Virus record (IMG/VR): IMGVR_UViG_3300009705_000016
Span: 1 to 63,530 of that record
From: a virus
Lineage: Duplodnaviria; Caudoviricetes
Direction: 5' to 3' (one strand)
Length of the DNA stretch: 63,530 nt
Of the stretch, positions 1 through 10,298 are shown piece by piece. How positions within the stretch are numbered: position 1 is the stretch's first letter; every line of letters begins with the position of its first letter. Under the pieces are notes generated by a model, which was given only the letters and a program-made list of their open reading frames with translations, had not been told where the DNA came from and ran no database searches. The translations under genes and the position numbers were made by a program.

Positions 1-2202
1 AAATCTTTGTAATTCAGTTCCTGTTGTCCAAGTAGGTGCACTTTGTGTACTTCCTGACCAAGTAGTGCTATCTGTTAAATCAAAATTAATTTCATGATAT
101 GTTTGGAATAGATTTTCATCTCCCATATCAACAGTTGCTTCTGCAGCGTACGCGTTACTTTGTTCACCCATTGTTGGTGTCATTTGGATTCTAAAGTATT
201 GTCCTTCTGAACCACTTCTTGTAATTCTAACCTTTATAGCACCTTGTACCGTCATAGCACCCCCCGCATATGGACTTCTATGGGCACCTGATGGACTAAC
301 ACCACCGAATGGGCCATTTCTTAATACTGTGGTGTCAAATTCTTTATATTGAGTTGTTAAGTAAGTGTCTTCACCAGGGTCTAAAGTAGCTTCATATTCT
401 GATAATAACGCTATCAAAATCCTCTCATACATCTCCGCGTATCCAACTACTTCTGAGAACGCTTCATGCCAATGGTCATAATCAATATGACTGTCAGAAT
501 GACCACTATCTACTGGTCCGGCCTCATCGTGACCAAAACCCATAGATGCTGCTACGTCTGGGTATTCATCAATAAATTGATTTACAGCTCTTTGTTGAGC
601 TTCTACAACAAGTGCTTGTACCACCGCATCATCAGAATCCTCTGGATTTCCTTGAATTACTGTTTGACCGAACACGTCCCTTTGGAAGGCTCTTGCACTT
701 TGTCCTTTATTAAAACTGACTGTCGCACCACTTGTCGTTTCAAAATCCAATGTTAAATAATGTGTCGCTCCACTTTCACCATAAGTTCCACTGTTATCTC
801 TAAAATAAGCTAAAACTATGGATGCTGAGCAAGTGGTGGAAGCTCCACTCTGAAACAAATAAACATCATGTGTATAGTCGAGATAACCACAAGGACTTAT
901 AAAAGTTGCTGGTCTTGTATCACCAGATTGAACAGACCGTTTTATTGTTGTTGAACAGTAATTATTTTCTAATTTGCTAGCATATGATTTATAATCAGTA
1001 ACTACATTAGAATCACCTATGTATGGAAATATATTAGTATCACCAACATGAGCTAACATACCAAACTTAAAGGCAGCAGGATGTTGAGTTATAATTTCTG
1101 AAGATACTGGGTCTCCTTTAGAATCTCTATCCGCTAAAGGATTATATGTTAACCAAGCATAGTCATTGGTGGTTGTACCTGTTGTAGTGTCATATACAAA
1201 AAATTTATTAAGATATCGATGATAATAATACGTACCTCTAAAAGCTGACCCTGCAATAGTTGTTCCAGTTAAATCTTTTTGCGATGCAGCTACGACTGGG
1301 TCTCCACCCACAACACCACTAGGTGAACAGTTCCACCCTTCTTGACAGTCACTTGCCCCACTAACCCCTAAATACCAATATCTTGTAGTGTCTGTAGTTC
1401 TTGCTGTATTAGGATTAATGTTTGGGTAATCCATAGTCCCTCCATTGTCTGAATTACCAGTAAAAAACCAATGTCCTACCCCATCTAATATATGTCCCCA
1501 ATTATATAACCCAGTGGTGTAATTTGATGGTACTGTTCCAACGTAGTAATTACCACCCGCAAAATGAGAATTAATAGTGTGAGCGGAGGTCATAGCGGAA
1601 AGTCTATAAGCGGGGTTACTTGTAGCTGATATGCTTATAGAAGATGCTGTACATTGGGCATCTGTAATTTTGAATTTTCTGGTTAAACTTTGTTCTCTAC
1701 CTATAGTTAACATATACTCTCCATTAGTTAGGTTTTTAAATGTCTGACTGGTTTGTGTGTCAGCTGTAGCAATTGTTTTTGTTCTAAATAAACTACCATC
1801 TCTATATAAAGAATAATTAAATGTAGATGCTGTATATTGACTAAATAAATTAAGAGTACCAGCTGAATATATTGTAATCTCACAAGATAGGTTTGGGTTT
1901 GTAACACACGAATATGAAGTTACTAAAGCAGAGAAACTAGGATTTGTATAAGCTGACAAATAAACTAATGTGATTCCTTCGTTAGAATTAGTATCAGTAA
2001 TTGTTGCTTGGTACACACCTTCTCCTAAATTATGTAAGTCCCACTGAGTAGAGGTGTACCCATTAGAATCATATCTACTGTCTCCAGACCAACTTACACT
2101 ATAGGGTCCGGTTCCACCACTTACATTTATAACATCTATACTACCAATAGATTGTCCTGATACTGTAGGTGCTACATTATATTCACTAAGAAATGCACTC
2201 AT
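1..2202 (-). CDS. Large virion/adhesin-like protein with SprB-like repeat, C-terminus runs off the window (not in ORF track)
   Basis: ATG at 2202 reads MSAFLSEYNVAPTVSGQSIGSIDVINVSGGTGPYSVSWSG...DLHNLGEGVYQATITD, a SprB-repeat-like pattern. The same frame is open at base 1 (both ends translated by hand, middle not checked codon by codon). Confidence 0.7.
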   Translation of the reverse strand, partial: MSAFLSEYNVAPTVSGQSIGSIDVINVSGGTGPYSVSWSGDSRYDSNGYTSTQWDLHNLGEGVYQATITDTNSNEGITLVYLSAYTNPSFSALVTSYSCVTNPNLSCEITIYSAGTLNLFSQYTASTFNYSLYRDGSLFRTKTIATADTQTSQTFKNLTNGEYMLTIGREQSLTRKFKITDAQCTASSISISATSNPAYRLSAMTSAHTINSHFAGGNYYVGTVPSNYTTGLYNWGHILDGVGHWFFTGNSDNGGTMDYPNINPNTARTTDTTRYWYLGVSGASDCQEGWNCSPSGVVGGDPVVAASQKDLTGTTIAGSAFRGTYYYHRYLNKFFVYDTTTGTTTNDYAWLTYNPLADRDSKGDPVSSEIITQHPAAFKFGMLAHVGDTNIFPYIGDSNVVTDYKSYASKLENNYCSTTIKRSVQSGDTRPATFISPCGYLDYTHDVYLFQSGASTTCSASIVLAYFRDNSGTYGESGATHYLTLDFETTSGATVSFNKGQSARAFQRDVFGQTVIQGNPEDSDDAVVQALVVEAQQRAVNQFIDEYPDVAASMGFGHDEAGPVDSGHSDSHIDYDHWHEAFSEVVGYAEMYERILIALLSEYEATLDPGEDTYLTTQYKEFDTTVLRNGPFGGVSPSGAHRSPYAGGAMTVQGAIKVRITRSGSEGQYFRIQMTPTMGEQSNAYAAEATVDMGDENLFQTYHEINFDLTDSTTWSGSTQSAPTWTTGTELQRF

Positions 2203-2214
2203 ATTTTGTATATT

Positions 2215-5200
2215 TTAATATCCACCACTTGTATTTAATCTATTAGTGTTTATATGGTTTATTCTATCTACATTGTAGGACCCATCCACCCTAAGGGGTG
2301 TTAAAGCGTCGTGTTCCACTATAGTGTGAATTGGACCCACCATAGGAATCTGATTATGTAAGTGATAAAAGCCAACATAGGTATCTCCGTTAGGAAGTAA
2401 ATATTCGTCGCCTCTTGTATATAAATTACTTTTATCCCCAATACAACTATCTGTAAAAACTTTAGGTTTACATGTCTTACCTATTTCGCCACAATACTCA
2501 TCAGCTTTTTCTTCACATTCATCACAATCAAACAAGGCCGTATCTGTAATAATATCAGTTGTACCGTAGAATGGGTTAACATTTTTATTAACTTTAAAAT
2601 CCTCACACACACAATAAAATTTACACTTAAAACCTTCATCCGCTTTTAACTGTGTTAAAGGTTCCGACCTAGTTGTTTTTAAAATCACAGGTTGTCCATC
2701 AAGAATAAGTTGGTCATCAACATTATCAATCTGTTCCATAATCTTTATTTGACTTTCTATTAGTTCGTATTTCTCATTTAGTGTTGGTGTAAAACATGGT
2801 ACGTATATCTTTTCTTGTGGGGTAATAACTATAAAATGTTCTTTATCTACACCTCTTATATTTGCAATTGTGTTTTTTATAACATAACTATGACTTATTT
2901 GTGGGAATTTATAATTACATGTTACTGAATCCTTCTGGTCATATCTAGGCAAATTAAAAACCACCACTCCTGATTTTATTTGTACCAAATCTTTTTGGTT
3001 AGGTATATAATAATCTGTTAGTTTGTTATCTTGTATCTGTCTAGTCCAGTTATTCGATGGTTTTTTACTTTGTATGTTTAACTCTAGTTTAGTACTTTCT
3101 GGTTTATTATCTATAAAACTTAAAGTGCTAAATGTTTCACTGTTTACTTTAGGTGGAGAAATAGGTTCATAGTCGTTATCTATCACATACAAAGTACCTA
3201 GTGTTGTTTGTTCTGTTTGAATCCCCCCTTCATTTATAAATTGTTGTGGTTTTGACACTTTTTGAGAATTCATGAATAATTTCTTTTGTAAGCTAGTAGT
3301 TTCACCTGTAGTTGGGCTATATTTTGTAACTCTGTAGAATGGTGAAGAAATTGGATTACCTGATAGGTCTAGGTAGTGACCTAAATTAGTTTCAACATAG
3401 GCGTTTCCACCGGTAACTTTGGATGTCGCTTGGAATTGTGTGTTATATTTTAACATAACCGTTTCACCACTATTTAAAGAAATTAGTCCAGTATCTAATG
3501 TAATTGGTACTCTGGCGTGAAATATAGTATTAGCTGAACTTCCTGACGCGTAACAATTACTAAACCCACTCATAGTATTTTGTACTATGTTTGTTTGACT
3601 TACTAGAAATTGATTAGCGGATGAATTAGTGACGGGACTTGCTCCTATAGATGTTGATGCCACATCACTAGTTACACCACTTATAGTTTGTTTTTCTAAA
3701 AATACCTCAAAACTAAAATCTAATAAACCTGTATTATTATTTAATCCGTTTTTTCCTGGAAAATAAACACCTTCCGTGTCTTCTTTTACAATTTCACCTT
3801 CTGTCAACCCTCTTTCTATTATAGAAGAATTTATTAATCTTTTAATCTCATATTCCGTTGCTGGATATGAGATTGATGAGGTTGCACCAGAAACATAATT
3901 AGTGGTGAGATATTCACACCATTTTGTGTCTTTATATTTAACATCCAAATACGCATTATATTGGAATTTATACGTACCCCCACTTAAACTTTTATATATC
4001 ATGTAGTTTCTAGGGTCTCCTGTTTGTATAATAACCGCACCAGCACCAGAAATTGAGGTTGTGGTACCAGTTTGTGCTGATAAACTTTGCCAAGAGTTGT
4101 ATGGTACCCAGCTTGGTGAACTTACACCTATAAAAGGTCTGTGTTCTATCCTATTAACATTACTGATTGGGATAGCTATTCCAGTTTGTGGTTGGGTAGT
4201 TGCTGTATAGCCAGCTCCTGAAAAATATATATCATAGGTGTTTTGACCTGTTATACCCCCAGATGTGTACCCTGTATATTGTGTACCCCCTGTAAATGAC
4301 TCTCTAAATGTGGAGTATGTTGTTCCAAAAAAATCATTTCTGAGATTATATATTGGTGAATAGTAATCTTCCTCACATGTCCAACATTTTTGTAAATTTA
4401 ATTCAATTTGTTTCTTTCTACAAGTATTCGCACAACTTTCACCCACTCCCGGTGTTACTATTATAGTCTCCAATTTTTCTGAAGCGTCGTTTGAGTACTT
4501 GCAGGCACACTGATTTTCATTATACACTATATTCTTTTCGGTGTACTCATTAACTTTTGTTCTTTTTGATGGACATACTGTTAGACTTTTTAATGTACCA
4601 CCTGGATAGTATAATATTTTTAAGTCATTAAAATAGTCATGGTTGGTTCGGGATACCCATTCACTAAGACCGTTATAGGTTTTTGGTTTTAACATACTTT
4701 TACCATCCACATTAACACTATAACTTTCTAAATTTGCAATTTGTATCTCTTTTAAACTTTGTTCAAAACTATTAAGATGTTCAGGACTATAAAAACTAAA
4801 GTCTATACACCTATCCAAATCACTAAAGAACTGATTATTTCTTAATTCATCAACCCAACTTAATGGCCATTTTTTTAGACCTCTCTGAAAGAATGGTGAC
4901 GAACTTTTTATCTCACTGTTATTTATTATCTTTCTAGATAGGTTATATGGTAATTCTTTTGTACTATCTTTTAGAAAGTTTCCTAAACTAAACTTATAAT
5001 TCTCTATATTTTTAACTATAAAAACTTCAGAAGATTTTAGATAATAGTCGGTATATTCTTGATTTAGGGAGGTGAAGTAATCAAAATAATTAAACTTGGT
5101 TTGTCCTAATTCTAAATCTTTTGTGGTCATGGTCACGTAACTCGTAGGTGCTTTTGTTAGTGTTTTAATTCTTCTTGGTTCTACTAGTATCACCTGGTCT

Positions 5201-5847
5201 GTAGGTCCTGTTTTATCTTTCTCATACCTTCTTTTTTCAGACCTACCTGGGTTTGGTGAATTTAGTTTAAAGAATATACTAGTAAGTGGACCTGTGGTAC
5301 TAAAAACTCTCATATCAATATCAAAACCTAGATTTACATAGTTTTGAAAATTATGTAGCTTATTAATTCCCGGTAATACCATTTCAATTTGATGTTTTTT
5401 CCCATTTTTAGGTGGGGAAAATCTTTGTAACGCACCTTCATTCCCGGTAGAGAAAATTTCTTTGGTTGATAGTAGTGACTTTATATGTTTGCCACCTACT
5501 TGTTGTAAGGATAATGTTCTATTATTTTCTCTAGTTAATCTTATAATAAAGTCTGACTCAAACGGTGTTTTATTAAACTTATCTTCACCAACCTTAAAAT
5601 CTTTAGATTCAAAATATAAAAAACCTTCTACTAGGTGTTTACCTTTGTATGCTAGATATAACTGTACAGGCATTGAGACATCGTAATCCATAGTAAAAGC
5701 TAGTGTTTTTTTGAAACTCCTCCTCACTAGTTTCCCAGTTGCGTAAACTTTTACCTGAAGAGTGTCTGCAACTTGTCTAAAATCTATATATTTACTAAAC
5801 TTTATTACTTTTTCAGCACCTTTTATATTTTTTTCTATATTATCCAT
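2215..5847 (-). CDS. Hypothetical virion structural protein (1210 aa)
   Basis: Long ORF coupled by a TAATG overlap to the upstream baseplate gene; Ser/Thr/Gly-rich middle with Cys clusters. Confidence 0.6.
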   Translation of the reverse strand: MDNIEKNIKGAEKVIKFSKYIDFRQVADTLQVKVYATGKLVRRSFKKTLAFTMDYDVSMPVQLYLAYKGKHLVEGFLYFESKDFKVGEDKFNKTPFESDFIIRLTRENNRTLSLQQVGGKHIKSLLSTKEIFSTGNEGALQRFSPPKNGKKHQIEMVLPGINKLHNFQNYVNLGFDIDMRVFSTTGPLTSIFFKLNSPNPGRSEKRRYEKDKTGPTDQVILVEPRRIKTLTKAPTSYVTMTTKDLELGQTKFNYFDYFTSLNQEYTDYYLKSSEVFIVKNIENYKFSLGNFLKDSTKELPYNLSRKIINNSEIKSSSPFFQRGLKKWPLSWVDELRNNQFFSDLDRCIDFSFYSPEHLNSFEQSLKEIQIANLESYSVNVDGKSMLKPKTYNGLSEWVSRTNHDYFNDLKILYYPGGTLKSLTVCPSKRTKVNEYTEKNIVYNENQCACKYSNDASEKLETIIVTPGVGESCANTCRKKQIELNLQKCWTCEEDYYSPIYNLRNDFFGTTYSTFRESFTGGTQYTGYTSGGITGQNTYDIYFSGAGYTATTQPQTGIAIPISNVNRIEHRPFIGVSSPSWVPYNSWQSLSAQTGTTTSISGAGAVIIQTGDPRNYMIYKSLSGGTYKFQYNAYLDVKYKDTKWCEYLTTNYVSGATSSISYPATEYEIKRLINSSIIERGLTEGEIVKEDTEGVYFPGKNGLNNNTGLLDFSFEVFLEKQTISGVTSDVASTSIGASPVTNSSANQFLVSQTNIVQNTMSGFSNCYASGSSANTIFHARVPITLDTGLISLNSGETVMLKYNTQFQATSKVTGGNAYVETNLGHYLDLSGNPISSPFYRVTKYSPTTGETTSLQKKLFMNSQKVSKPQQFINEGGIQTEQTTLGTLYVIDNDYEPISPPKVNSETFSTLSFIDNKPESTKLELNIQSKKPSNNWTRQIQDNKLTDYYIPNQKDLVQIKSGVVVFNLPRYDQKDSVTCNYKFPQISHSYVIKNTIANIRGVDKEHFIVITPQEKIYVPCFTPTLNEKYELIESQIKIMEQIDNVDDQLILDGQPVILKTTRSEPLTQLKADEGFKCKFYCVCEDFKVNKNVNPFYGTTDIITDTALFDCDECEEKADEYCGEIGKTCKPKVFTDSCIGDKSNLYTRGDEYLLPNGDTYVGFYHLHNQIPMVGPIHTIVEHDALTPLRVDGSYNVDRINHINTNRLNTSGGY

Positions 5848-8800
5848 TATATATTAGTTTCATACTGCTTTCCTAAATCAAACTTATACCCCCAAGGCTC
5901 TGTTTTGTTTTTACTAAGTGCTAAAGTTCTTTTTACCCTAAACATTATATTATTGTTCATTGTACTAAGTATATTATAAGCTCCATTTATTGTGGAGTCA
6001 TTACTCGCAAATCTTTCTGTACTTAAGTTTATGCTATTATTCACACCAGTATTAGATGTTGTTGCTAAAGTACCGTTGTGGTTTATAAATGAAGGCCATA
6101 CAGACTTACAGGACGCACTTAATGGTCTCATTTGTAATACCGCGGTATTTTCAGGTAAAGAACAACAAACACAAGGTTTACTAATAGTTGTAGAATCTAT
6201 CGGTCCTATTTTTGTTTGTGTACCTCCAGTATTTTGACACCCTGACGAACAAGTAGTTCCTGTATTTGGACTTGTTAGTCCTACCCATGGAAAGGTTTCA
6301 CCTTCAGAGTGTGCTCTACCTTCATGACTTCCCCCACCACCAAACCTATCATATTCACAAGTATCGTCATATGCTGTAGCTAATGGGTTAAAGTTACTAG
6401 CGGAAGGGTCTGTACATCCTGGGACATACCCTGTTTTTATTGGGTTATTAAATCCTGGTAATGGTCTTACGGGGTAATGTTTATACGTAAACTTATCTCT
6501 ATGAAAAATAGAATTTTCTAATTTTACACCACCTTGCCATAGTGTTGTTGCTGGTACAAGTTGTTCTATTATTCTAATCCAGTATGTACCCAAACTTTGT
6601 GCGTAATCAACCATCTTTGTATAAGTGTATTGATTGTTTACACCACAAACCTGAGCTAGATAATCTAAATATAGATTTTGTAATAGTGGGTAACCACCAG
6701 TTTTACCGTCATCTATTGTTTGTCTATTTCTTACATTTATAAATGTTTTCCAAAATATATGTGAAAAATCTTTAAAAGAATAATCCTTAGCGTTTAGTAA
6801 GGTGACAGTATCATCCACACCTCCTTTTTGTGGGTAAGGTAATGGTAGTGGACCACCACTAAAAGGACAACCACTTAAAACTGATTGTTGCCATACATCA
6901 TAAACCAAAGCTTGCCCAGTGTTTAAAAATATATCTACATTTTTAACATTTAATATAAGTTTCTCGTTATGACTATGATAAGCAGCGTTTCTAATATTTT
7001 CAAAAGAATAGATTCTGTCTATTTCCCCATCACCTTCAATTGTTGCCCATGATTTTTTATCATCAATGACTGGTGTTAAACCAAAGCCCATATGTTTCAT
7101 ATATGGGAAATTTCTAAACCTTTCAAGGTAAGGTGCACCTGGGTCGTTAGAGTTAACACCATATGGTAAATCACCAAAAAACCCACCCCAACTAAACTGA
7201 TTTAATTTTGTAGTTATGGAAGGGGTACACCCTGTTAGTTTTGAGTTTTCTAAATCTATTATTGTTTCTCCATGATGTTTTTCTGTCTCTTCAAACCACC
7301 CAGCCCCTCTTTGGAAGTAATAGTTCGAGGTTTCTCTTGGTCTGGTTGGGAACCCATCGTCATCTATCGGATAATCCTCTCTTATAAACCCATGGGACTC
7401 TGTAGTTGAGGATATGGTCGTTGCCATTGTTACCTGGTCTAGCATATACACATTATTAGTTGCTAGCCCACCTGAAATAGGTTGGAACTGGTTCAGAAAC
7501 CCCGTACCTACATCATAACAACCTAAAAGTTCTATAGCGTCTTTTAAATCTATTGCACGTATGGTACCACTTTTTACCCAATTGGCTCCATGTGAAAGTG
7601 GTACACATTGTGACGACTCAGAATCATATACTTGACCATCTGGACATCTTTCCTCAATTATACTGGTTAATTTAATAGAACTTTTGTTTGGTTCTTTTGG
7701 TGAATAAGGTCCTCTAGGTCCCTTAGGTCCTACTTGTTGGTTTGTAGAGGCATTTAATAAAGCTAGTAATGTGTTACATCTTGGGTCTTTTGGGCTACCC
7801 ATTTTAATCCTTGCGTCAGCTAATACAACATATTCATTAAACTCTGTTAAAGCTTCCGGAGCTCCAATAAATCTCAATAAGAATTCTATAGCTTTTCTAG
7901 TACCTTTAGATTTAAATAGATAAGCAGTATTCATTAAAATCCTTCTGTAAATCTCAACATTTAATTCAGCTGGTGTAACACCAATAGACTCACCTGGATA
8001 TTCTGGTTCGTGTCTATCTAAAACTGTATCCAAAAATTGTTCTTTAGTTATGGTAGATGGGGTTTTCCATCCTAACATTTTAGATAAATTTCTAAGTAAC
8101 TGATTAGGTACAGTGTTCTTTCCCTCGTAAGTAACATTATTCATATATGCAATCCCATCTATGAATTTTTTAACATCGTCAAAACTTCTACCATATATTT
8201 GTAATGTTTTTTCTACTTTACGACCACCACTATCAAAATCTTTTAAAGCTCCAGTAGTTAAAAACCTAGAAACTAAATTTGTTTTAACACCATCAAGTTC
8301 ATTACCAATATCTACTAATTTCTGTAAATAATCCGTATATTTTTGTGTACTTACATCTATATTCCATAAATCTTGTTTACTCCAAATTATTTCTTCTTTA
8401 AAACTATAATTTCGTCCATCTTCTGTCTGTCTTGGTAATGTTATTTCAGCTTTATATTGTGGGACACTTTGTTGGTTTAGTAAAAACCTTTCTACAGAAT
8501 CAAACTCACTGAATTGGTTTTGTGTTTCAAACTTATTTGGTTTTATGTAAAATGTAGTTGTGGATGTTGTGGCTGTTGTTCCAAAAGGTGCTCCTGACAC
8601 AACAATAGTTAAATCTGTTGTGCCTTCTTCTATCGGTGTGTAATCTATTATAGGGTATTGGGTGTTTCCACTACCACTGAAACTTAAACAGTATTTTTTA
8701 TATTCTAATGAAAAATTTCTTAGTGGTGATATTTTTCCCTTTTGTGCTTTAACGGATGTGGTTGTAATTTTATCTGTAGTTGGGTCTTCTACTAGGTAGT

Positions 8801-9350
8801 CCATCTCTAGTGAACCGTCTAATAAGATTTCCCCGTCAGTGGTAAATTCTATATTAAATGGGTTGGATACTTTATATTTAGATATTTTTAAAGTGGTTCT
8901 GTTATAAATAACATCATAAGATATGTTGTCCACAGTATCTCCTGTGGACCAATATACTTTATTTATACCATCACAATATAAAGCTCCTGGGAAAAAATTA
9001 ACTATCTGTTGAGCTGCGACCCTTAGTCTGTCTTTTAAAGACCCGTAGAGTACAAACTTACTTATATCACTATTATCATAATTAAACTCTATTAATAAAC
9101 TGTTATTTAAATTAGAATTTACTAAATGTGTATCTCCAGCACTTAATTGTTGTAGTGTTATGGGTCCTGAAAACCCACCTAAATTAAAATTTCTATTTTG
9201 TTTAGACTGAGCACTATCACTAATAGAAAAATTACCTAAAGTCATTTGTGCTGACCCTTGAGTGTATTGTGACCCAACTAAGTCGTCACTAAAAGTTCCC
9301 GCCCCACTTGGTGGTGCTGGTGGATAGTAAAATTTCTTTTTATTTGCCAT
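5847..9350 (-). CDS. Baseplate wedge protein, gp7/P2 gpI-like, with insertions
   Basis: YLFKSKGTRKAIEFLLRFIG motif typical of gp7/gpI-type wedge proteins; downstream of gp25/gp6; one GCTDPSASNFNPLA repeat. Confidence 0.55.
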   Translation of the reverse strand: MANKKKFYYPPAPPSGAGTFSDDLVGSQYTQGSAQMTLGNFSISDSAQSKQNRNFNLGGFSGPITLQQLSAGDTHLVNSNLNNSLLIEFNYDNSDISKFVLYGSLKDRLRVAAQQIVNFFPGALYCDGINKVYWSTGDTVDNISYDVIYNRTTLKISKYKVSNPFNIEFTTDGEILLDGSLEMDYLVEDPTTDKITTTSVKAQKGKISPLRNFSLEYKKYCLSFSGSGNTQYPIIDYTPIEEGTTDLTIVVSGAPFGTTATTSTTTFYIKPNKFETQNQFSEFDSVERFLLNQQSVPQYKAEITLPRQTEDGRNYSFKEEIIWSKQDLWNIDVSTQKYTDYLQKLVDIGNELDGVKTNLVSRFLTTGALKDFDSGGRKVEKTLQIYGRSFDDVKKFIDGIAYMNNVTYEGKNTVPNQLLRNLSKMLGWKTPSTITKEQFLDTVLDRHEPEYPGESIGVTPAELNVEIYRRILMNTAYLFKSKGTRKAIEFLLRFIGAPEALTEFNEYVVLADARIKMGSPKDPRCNTLLALLNASTNQQVGPKGPRGPYSPKEPNKSSIKLTSIIEERCPDGQVYDSESSQCVPLSHGANWVKSGTIRAIDLKDAIELLGCYDVGTGFLNQFQPISGGLATNNVYMLDQVTMATTISSTTESHGFIREDYPIDDDGFPTRPRETSNYYFQRGAGWFEETEKHHGETIIDLENSKLTGCTPSITTKLNQFSWGGFFGDLPYGVNSNDPGAPYLERFRNFPYMKHMGFGLTPVIDDKKSWATIEGDGEIDRIYSFENIRNAAYHSHNEKLILNVKNVDIFLNTGQALVYDVWQQSVLSGCPFSGGPLPLPYPQKGGVDDTVTLLNAKDYSFKDFSHIFWKTFINVRNRQTIDDGKTGGYPLLQNLYLDYLAQVCGVNNQYTYTKMVDYAQSLGTYWIRIIEQLVPATTLWQGGVKLENSIFHRDKFTYKHYPVRPLPGFNNPIKTGYVPGCTDPSASNFNPLATAYDDTCEYDRFGGGGSHEGRAHSEGETFPWVGLTSPNTGTTCSSGCQNTGGTQTKIGPIDSTTISKPCVCCSLPENTAVLQMRPLSASCKSVWPSFINHNGTLATTSNTGVNNSINLSTERFASNDSTINGAYNILSTMNNNIMFRVKRTLALSKNKTEPWGYKFDLGKQYETNI

Positions 9351-9352
9351 TA

Positions 9353-10294
9353 TTAACTAACTATTGTACCAAACTGTTTACTAAAATCTATTTGATTACC
9401 TCTATCTTGTCTAACCTCGAATAATTTTTCATCAAACTGGTCTCTAATCTCAAATAAATTATATTGTTTATAAATGTTATTAACACCAGATAAGTCATAC
9501 ATAGTATAAATCCCATCTTCTATAGATTTAGTTTGATTCCCATATAAACCTATAGCTAACGTATCAAAATCATGGTCTGCCATTTCTACCTCTAATACCA
9601 CTGGGTTAAAATATGTATTTGTAATTATAATTTTTTGACCTGCTTTTCCAATATCTGGTAATGCGTTAGGTTGATTAGTAGGTGCACTACTAGGTGATAA
9701 TGTTAAAAACACTAAATTAGAAGGTGAGTCTGTATATGAATATCTTGGTGATACTTTATTTGCGTTTGCCGCTGTATTCATTAATCTTTCACAATAAAAA
9801 CTGGATGTTACTACTCTAAAAAAGTTAGGTATTTTAGTTCCTGCTAAATTAGATGATAAATTATCTGAATTCATATACTCTACTCTATACCCAACTAACC
9901 CCATATTTACAAATCTATTTTTAAATTGTGCTGGAACTTTGGTCAAATCTATAACTATCCCTTTTATATTTGGTAGTGCCGCTAATGTCCCACAATCCAA
10001 TATTTCGGTTCTAATCTCTATTGGTCTAAGGTATACAGTGTAAAATCCCTTATTACTGAAAACTGTTGAGGGTAATGTTAGTTGGTATAACCCACCTAGG
10101 ATTGTAGTTCCTGCTACCGCTCCATTAGTAGCGGTTGCCCCGTTATGTACGTGATATGTTAAAACAGAAGACGGTAAAGTCCCTAACGTAAAAGTGCTAT
10201 TCGCATCTCTAGTTGCCTGATAATGATATATTATTTCAACATCGTTAGGTGATACGTCTGCTGGTCTTTTAATTCCATAATTTCCTAATGCCAT
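9353..10294 (-). CDS. Hypothetical structural protein (313 aa)
   Basis: Tightly packed ORF in the baseplate/fibre operon. Confidence 0.55.
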   Translation of the reverse strand: MALGNYGIKRPADVSPNDVEIIYHYQATRDANSTFTLGTLPSSVLTYHVHNGATATNGAVAGTTILGGLYQLTLPSTVFSNKGFYTVYLRPIEIRTEILDCGTLAALPNIKGIVIDLTKVPAQFKNRFVNMGLVGYRVEYMNSDNLSSNLAGTKIPNFFRVVTSSFYCERLMNTAANANKVSPRYSYTDSPSNLVFLTLSPSSAPTNQPNALPDIGKAGQKIIITNTYFNPVVLEVEMADHDFDTLAIGLYGNQTKSIEDGIYTMYDLSGVNNIYKQYNLFEIRDQFDEKLFEVRQDRGNQIDFSKQFGTIVS

Positions 10295-10298
10295 ATTA

